A stretch of DNA of 64,000 nt from the human T2T-CHM13v2.0 reference genome, Homo sapiens, in assembly GCF_009914755.1 (NCBI RefSeq), contig NC_060933.1, one strand, 5' to 3'. The translations under genes and the position numbers were made by a program. The notes beneath the pieces are model-generated. The model saw only the letters and a program-made list of their open reading frames with translations, did no database searches and was not told the origin of the DNA. Shown here piece after piece: positions 57,577-64,000 of this stretch (positions are counted from its first letter, which is position 1; the number at the start of each line of letters is the position of its first letter).

Positions 57577-58974
57577 GTAGTCAAGCATGAAACTGGGCTC
57601 TAAGCCATACCTGCTCTGCCAGTGGTTCACTAGGAGGAACAGTGGGTGGCCTTCTGGCTCTTCTAGTAACAAATGTGCAGATCTCGTGTCAGCTGCCCAG
57701 TGGTTGTGTCTGACCCAACTCTTGATTGAAGCAAAATATGACAAATGATCCATAAGGACAAAGGAAAATTGTTTTAATAAAGAAAAAATTCACATTTTTC
57801 TTTAAAGTGATCAGACATACATGTAATTTCAATACTGAAAAAGAGCCTTAGAGATCATGTTTATCTCACCCATAGTGGTTGCAATCCAGTCAAGTTACAG
57901 GGCAAAGCTATCAGGGCCAGTTTCTGGAGCATCCTCCCCAGCTGCTGGTGAAGACCCCATGGCCACTTTGCAGTTGAGGTGAGACAAAGCACTAGTGCGT
58001 TGACAAGGCTGTTTGTCTTCGGGTCCTCAAGGGATGAGGGGTAAAATCCAGGGTGTGAAGCTGGGCTTCAGGAATGGTGTGCTGGCCTTAGACGGTGGAG
58101 GACCAGATGAGAGGACCCAAACTGAGAGTCTGTGGCCACATTTACACCAAGCTACCCTGTAAGGACCTGAATTATTTTAACAAACAGAAAAACTTCCCAC
58201 ATTGTATTGGCTGAAAGAGCACATAGTTTCATCGTCTGTGTTTTTTCAAAAGTCTCGTGTTCTCACTGAAAAAAATATAAAAGATAGTTAGAAGTGTTTA
58301 GTGAATAGACGCCATAATCTTGCAGGAAGAAAACTAGGTGGACAATGGGGTCTCATCCCACAAAGCCTCCAGCAGGCTCCTTTTAAGTTCATCTGAATTG
58401 GATCATGTGCCATGCTGGACTCTTATGTGCCCTTCCCTAGTCGTTGCTAAAACCATCTTTTTGACATAAAATGACAAAAGTGGCAACTGTGAAATTCTTT
58501 GGATTTTATAATAAAGGTAGCCCATGTTAGCAAGAAGATTGGGAAGATTCCCAAGGTAAATCCCTTAACTGTGCAGGCTGGGTCCTAGATTTGATACAGT
58601 TAGAATTTATGCAGCACCCAACATATGCAGGTTATCACCATGGTGGAAGAGAGAGGTCTTGACCTCAAAGAGCTGGAATTGTTAGGGAAAGGGAGGTAAT
58701 GAGGGAGGGCTTCCAGGAGGAAAGGAAAGCCAACATCAACCAGAGCAGCCAGTCACTAAGGGAAGGTGAAGAGGTGAGCATCTTAGCAGAGACTAGCACA
58801 TCAGTAACCCTGAGAAATGACTCTGCAGTGAGAGACCCTGCAGAGTGATTAGGTCCAGGTGTTGGGTGATGAAGCTTGCTAAGTGGAGTGTTTGAACATA
58901 GGAGGACCACTGGAGAGTGCAGGAACAGACTGTTCTGGTTCTCTATTACTGTTCTGGTTTTCTATTACTCTATT

Positions 58975-59250
58975 ACTGTAAAACAAACCACCCAGAAACT
59001 CAGTGGCTTTGTAGAAACATCTTTCACATTTTCTGCCTGGACTTGGCTGTGTGGTTTCATGGGGAGACATCTGTAGGCTCTATCTGTGCTGGAGACATCT
59101 GTAGGACTTGACGGGACTAGACATCTGCAAAGGCTCACTCACACGGCTGGCCGCAGATGCTGGTGTTGGCTGGGCATTTAGCTTGGGCTGTTGACCAGAG
59201 CACCTGCCTAGGGCCTCTCCATGGCTTGGGCTTCTCATAGCATCAGTTCT
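58975..59250 (-). mobile_element. Old MLT1 LTR fragment
   Basis: aacaaaccacccagaaactcagtggctt...ggcctctccatggcttgggcttctcatagcat. Confidence 0.65.
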
Positions 59251-59451
59251 GGGAAAAATGTATACATATACCTTGGCAAACTTTAAACACTGAATTGCAC
59301 AAATGCTTATGTTCATCTTTATCATTAAATAAATTGATAAAGAAAAGTATTACGAGGAGATTTGGTCTCTTTTCTCCAGTAATACAGTTTAAAAATCTCA
59401 TAATTAACATAATTAAAGTTTTTCTATACTTATACTTTCAATAAGTATTAG

Positions 59452-59736
<285 letters not shown>

Positions 59737-60319
59737 TAATCTAACCTGATTAAAATCTTTTTAAAAGCAGGACAAAAAATTCAACATTTTGTATGATTAC
59801 AGCTACATTAAAATATATCTAGAAAATGCAGCTAGAGGAAATAAAAACTTTCATTGCCTCAAATTGCCGCAAAGCCAAGGGGCACTGCCCATGGCCAGGA
59901 AGGGTAAGCCCTGGAAGCACAGAGGTTGCTGACTCCCAGCCCAGCAGCAGCTGGACCCTCAGCCCCTCAGTGCCTGGTTTCTCCTTGCACATGAATCCAG
60001 GTCCCAGCATCTTGTCATTGACAGGAGCAGCCCTGGCTCACCCTCTTGGAAAACAGAAAGATGCTAATGGTTGCCAGCTGTGAGGCAACCTGAGGGCTCT
60101 GAAGACCTCCTGTGGGGCTCACACAGGGGCCAGAGCCTCAGCCTCTGACACCCGAGAATGGAATGGGCAGGATGGGTGGGGCAGAGAAGAAGAAAGTTCT
60201 CCAGATGTCCTGGTTAGTCACCCTGATCCTTGGAAATACACACTCAAGGCTGAATCAGGGAGAATCAAGTCTCTTGGCCAGAAAAACAAGCCATTATGGC
60301 CAGCGAAGCCCTCGCTAAG

Positions 60320-60580
60320 CACACACAAATACACATATATGTGCATCCACAAACGCATAGAATTACACACATGCCCAATACACACACATGTACATGCACA
60401 CAAACTCATTATACAAATGAACATGTATGCACAAGACACACCTATACACATACACTTATGTACAGATACCCAAATGCACACATATTCACACCCTTACACA
60501 ATACACATGTATATACATGTACTCCTGACACATATTCACACACATGTGCACACACACATGCATACACACCACAGTATAAT
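60320..60580. repeat. Degenerate (CA/TA)n low-complexity tract
   Basis: Seen directly. Confidence 0.85.
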
Positions 60581-63228
60581 ACACTTAGTAGAGTAGCATC
60601 AGGGGATCTCAGTTGTGGTCAGATGGCCTTACACTTAGTCCGAATTGTTAATAATTGAACTGTGTAATTTTGTCTAAATCTTTTCATTTCTGCTTCCAGC
60701 CCCCAAAAGAGTGTGGTTGACTCAAATCATCTGGAAGTTCTCTTTAGTTGTAAAATTCTGTGATTTCAATGGGAAAAGACAGTATCAGGGTACTGAGCTC
60801 CTTCTCTGTACCCTGAGGAGGATCCTGGGGGCTGGAGTCACAGCATAGGGTGCTTGTGAGGCCATCCTCACCCAGCGCCAGCCCCAAGAGTGTTGCCACC
60901 AGGGATAGCCCAGCGTCCCCACAGACCTCTGCTGTGGGCATTCCTGTGACTTCTTCCCTGCCCCTCCTCCCCACGCCCATGCACTTCCTTCCTTTCTGAT
61001 CAAGAATATGCCTTGGGAGCAAGTAGGCAGGAACCAGCAACCTTCTGAGGCCCAGAGCTTCCAGAAAAAGGTCAGCAGCTGTCTGTCCTGGGGACGTTTC
61101 CTGGTGGAGGTGGAAGGGGGCTCACTGCTCCTTAACACCCTCTTTCAAGAGTGCCTCCCTAGTTTACTTTTTCTGGCCAGGGCATTCATTTGGAGCAGAC
61201 AAGCCCATCCCCTGTCCCAACTCAACATCTGGAAGTTGCTGGGTCATGGGCTCCAGGTGTTGTTTGGAGCCTCTCATCAAGTGACTTTTGGTTGTGATGA
61301 CAAAGTTGGACTGCATCTCAGGTTGCCACCCAAACCTCAGCTACAATCTCTACAAATTGCTCCTGAAAGCAAATTTCACAGGCAGCTGTGGAGCTGAGCC
61401 CATGGCCTGGTAGGTGAGCCAGGATGTGGCCCTCACTGGGCATTTCATCCCTGTTGCCAGCACGGGGCTGGCACCATACTGGTACCCAACAGTCCCTTGT
61501 TGGAAGGATGAATTTGAGCACCCTACTACTCATGAACAGCTTGGCCTGATTAAGTTCTCAAGAATCCAAAGGCCTGCAAAGACTATGACATCCTCCCATA
61601 TATGAATTCAAACTGAACAAAAACCCTGCGAACAAACAAACAAAAGAGCCAAGGAACAATCACTTCCCACTAGGAAGACCACCTTATAGGTGGTTATTTT
61701 GGAAATAACAATCTTTCACTTTTCTTATCCCCCGTTTCTCTGGGGGTTCTGCTTTGCTGGGCTGCTCTAAATACAATGGGTAGTCCTATACGTTACTCTG
61801 CCAGCTTTATTGTTACCTGGGCATTTTTAGGTTCCAGCTTTATCTTTTTATTTTTATTTTAAAAATGTGGTAAAACATAAATAACATAAAGTTGATAATT
61901 TTAACCATCTTGAACTGCACAGATTGGTGGCATTAAATACATTCACATTTTTATGCAACCAACACCACCATCCATCCATGAATACTTTCATCCTGCAAAG
62001 CAGAAACCATCTTTTTACTCCCCTAGCAATCATGCCCTGCTCTCTAGCCTATGTTTATTTCATAGTACATAGAATATCCTAGAAGCAGAGAATCTGAGCA
62101 ATGGAGGGCACCTGGTAAGGCTATCTCTTCCAAACACCTGCCCTTCAGCAAAACCACATCTGGGGTAGACTGAGCCAGACAGAATCAACCTTGTTTTTAA
62201 ATGTACAAAGCTAGGCCTTCTTTGGAAGTCACATATTTGAAATATCAAGTCAGAAAACTCTTCTTCTACAGTAAAAGTTTTCTTTATCATTTCCTCAGTT
62301 ACTGTTTTTCTTTTCCAGATTGAAAATAACCAGTTACTGTCCTCAGGGAATCAACAATCTCATGAGCAATGACTTCCTGGGAGGCCGTGGTTCTCAAACG
62401 TTAGCCCACCTTAGTGTCAGCTGGAGGGATTATGAAAGCCCAGAACGCTGCACCTACCTGCAGAGTTTTAGATCCCAGAGGTCCAAGGAGGGCTCCAAAA
62501 GTTGCATTTCTAGCAAATTCCCATGTGATGCTGATGCTGTTGGACTGGGGACCCCATTTTAAGAAATGCTGTTATAAGGCCCAGTGCTAGGAAATCTGAA
62601 GGATAGAAATATGCAGGTACCTAAGAGGTGGGAGCAAATGGAATTAACAAGGTAAATGGGTTCACCTCCATGTGGAAGGTGCCAAACGCCCTTCACATAA
62701 GCCCTTTGCTGTCACAGAGCTCACAAGCTCAGGGTGCAGTACAGGAGGCCGATGTGAACGGGATGTCAGCCGTTCACACCGGGAACTGTGTGGGCACTGC
62801 AGGGGAGAACAGCGCTCAGGCTGGGTGAGGAAGGGGCCGGGGATGGCTTTCTGCAGACCTGGAAGCGTCAGGAGCCATTCCTGGGTGGATTCTTAAAGAA
62901 AAGAAGGTGTCCAGACAAAGAGGCCAGGCGAGGCACGTGCTCTTCCAGCAGAGGAACAACCTGGAACTGAAAAGGGGACATGGAGCATTCACGGGGCAGC
63001 AAGCTGTGCAAGTGTCCCCAAGAGGAGCATGGAAGTGAGACAATGAGGACAGAGTGCAGAGGTGGGCAGGGCGAGACTCAGAGGGCATGGCAACACAGGA
63101 AGAGGAGCCCAGGCGATATTCTGAAATCTCCTTTGACATCGAGGACAGAGGAAGCTTTGCTAAGACTCCATATAAGGGAGCATTAGAGAGGAAAGGAGAA
63201 GCGGGAACACAGCTCTCCCCAGTCCTCT

Positions 63229-63310
63229 AGATCCTATAGGATCCCCTATAGGATCCCCTATAGGAACCCCTATAGGATCCTATAGGATAGCCACTATAGG
63301 ATAGCCTAGG
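63229..63310. repeat. Short tandem repeat of palindromic CCTATAGG/GGATCC units (period 10-12 bp)
   Basis: atcctataggatcccctataggatcccctataggaacccctataggatcctataggatagccactataggatagcctagg. Confidence 0.9.
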
Positions 63311-64000
63311 TGCAGACAAAATTCCCTTTCCTTTTCGTTTTGTTGAAAGATTTTGGAATTGCGGGGAGGGAAACTTGTAAAGACACTGGGCAAGCCTAGA
63401 ACCAAAATGAACACAAAGAGAATATGGAAGTTGAGTCTGGAGGTGAACAGAGGAGGCTTCCAGCTCCCTTGTGCAGGCTGTGCAGCCTTGAGCATGTTAC
63501 TTCTTGTGCCACAGTCTCTGTATTTAACAGAGACCTGATTCCCTCACAAGACCCACAGGACCTCACAGGGCTGGCCTCCCTGCTGTTTTCAGCCTGAGCT
63601 CACAGGCACTGGCTCTTACTCTTCCTGCTCCCACTCCATAAGCCTCTTTCAGACTGGGTTTGCCAGGCTGTCTTCTGCCCCAACCCTTTCCCCAGGTGGT
63701 TTCCTCCATCTGGAGTAGTCTTGCCCTCGCCTGACTAATTAACTACATTAAATCTAAGACTCACTCCCTCAGGGCAATCTGATCTCCCTGCATAGGTTAA
63801 ATCTCTACTCTTAGAGAGTTTTAAGCATTGGGAACTTTTACTTGATAGCACTTAGCAGTTGTTATTTCTGTAATTAGTTGTTGAATGTCTCTTGTACTAG
63901 AACAGGGGTTAGCAAAGCATAGCCAGCTTTGGCCTGAAGTCTGATTTTGTAAATAAAATGTTAATGGAGGAGATGAGGTGCCTACAGGGTCATATTGCTG

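Overview
Primate (Alu-rich, most likely human) genomic DNA with no intact protein-coding gene. The window is a mosaic of gene fragments embedded in Alu, L1, L2, LTR and DNA-transposon repeats. It holds: (1) an unprocessed, multiply disabled cathepsin L pseudogene (+, ~53.7-57.6 kb, all seven coding exons); (2) scattered minus-strand FBP2 (muscle fructose-1,6-bisphosphatase) exons, with exons 4, 5 and 6 at 46.8-36.1 kb and, out of order, exon 3 (plus a possible exon 2 remnant) at 22.5-20.0 kb; (3) two minus-strand exons copied from the DAPK1 ROC-COR region (30.2-30.4 kb and 8.9-9.1 kb), the second still open and with both splice sites; (4) a 5'-truncated ELF2 processed pseudogene inserted in an L1; (5) an NPAP1/POM121-family retrocopy fragment in a CpG island. 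This content fits the DAPK1-CTSL neighbourhood of human 9q21.33-q22.1 (recalled, not looked up). The most interesting observation is the interleaving of FBP2 and DAPK1 exons on one strand. Four of them are phase-0, stop-free and splice-competent, so they could in principle join into one 187-codon chimeric frame. Whether this is transcribed cannot be seen from sequence, and neutral decay is the default explanation. All protein and repeat-family comparisons are from memory of the reference sequences, not from database searches.
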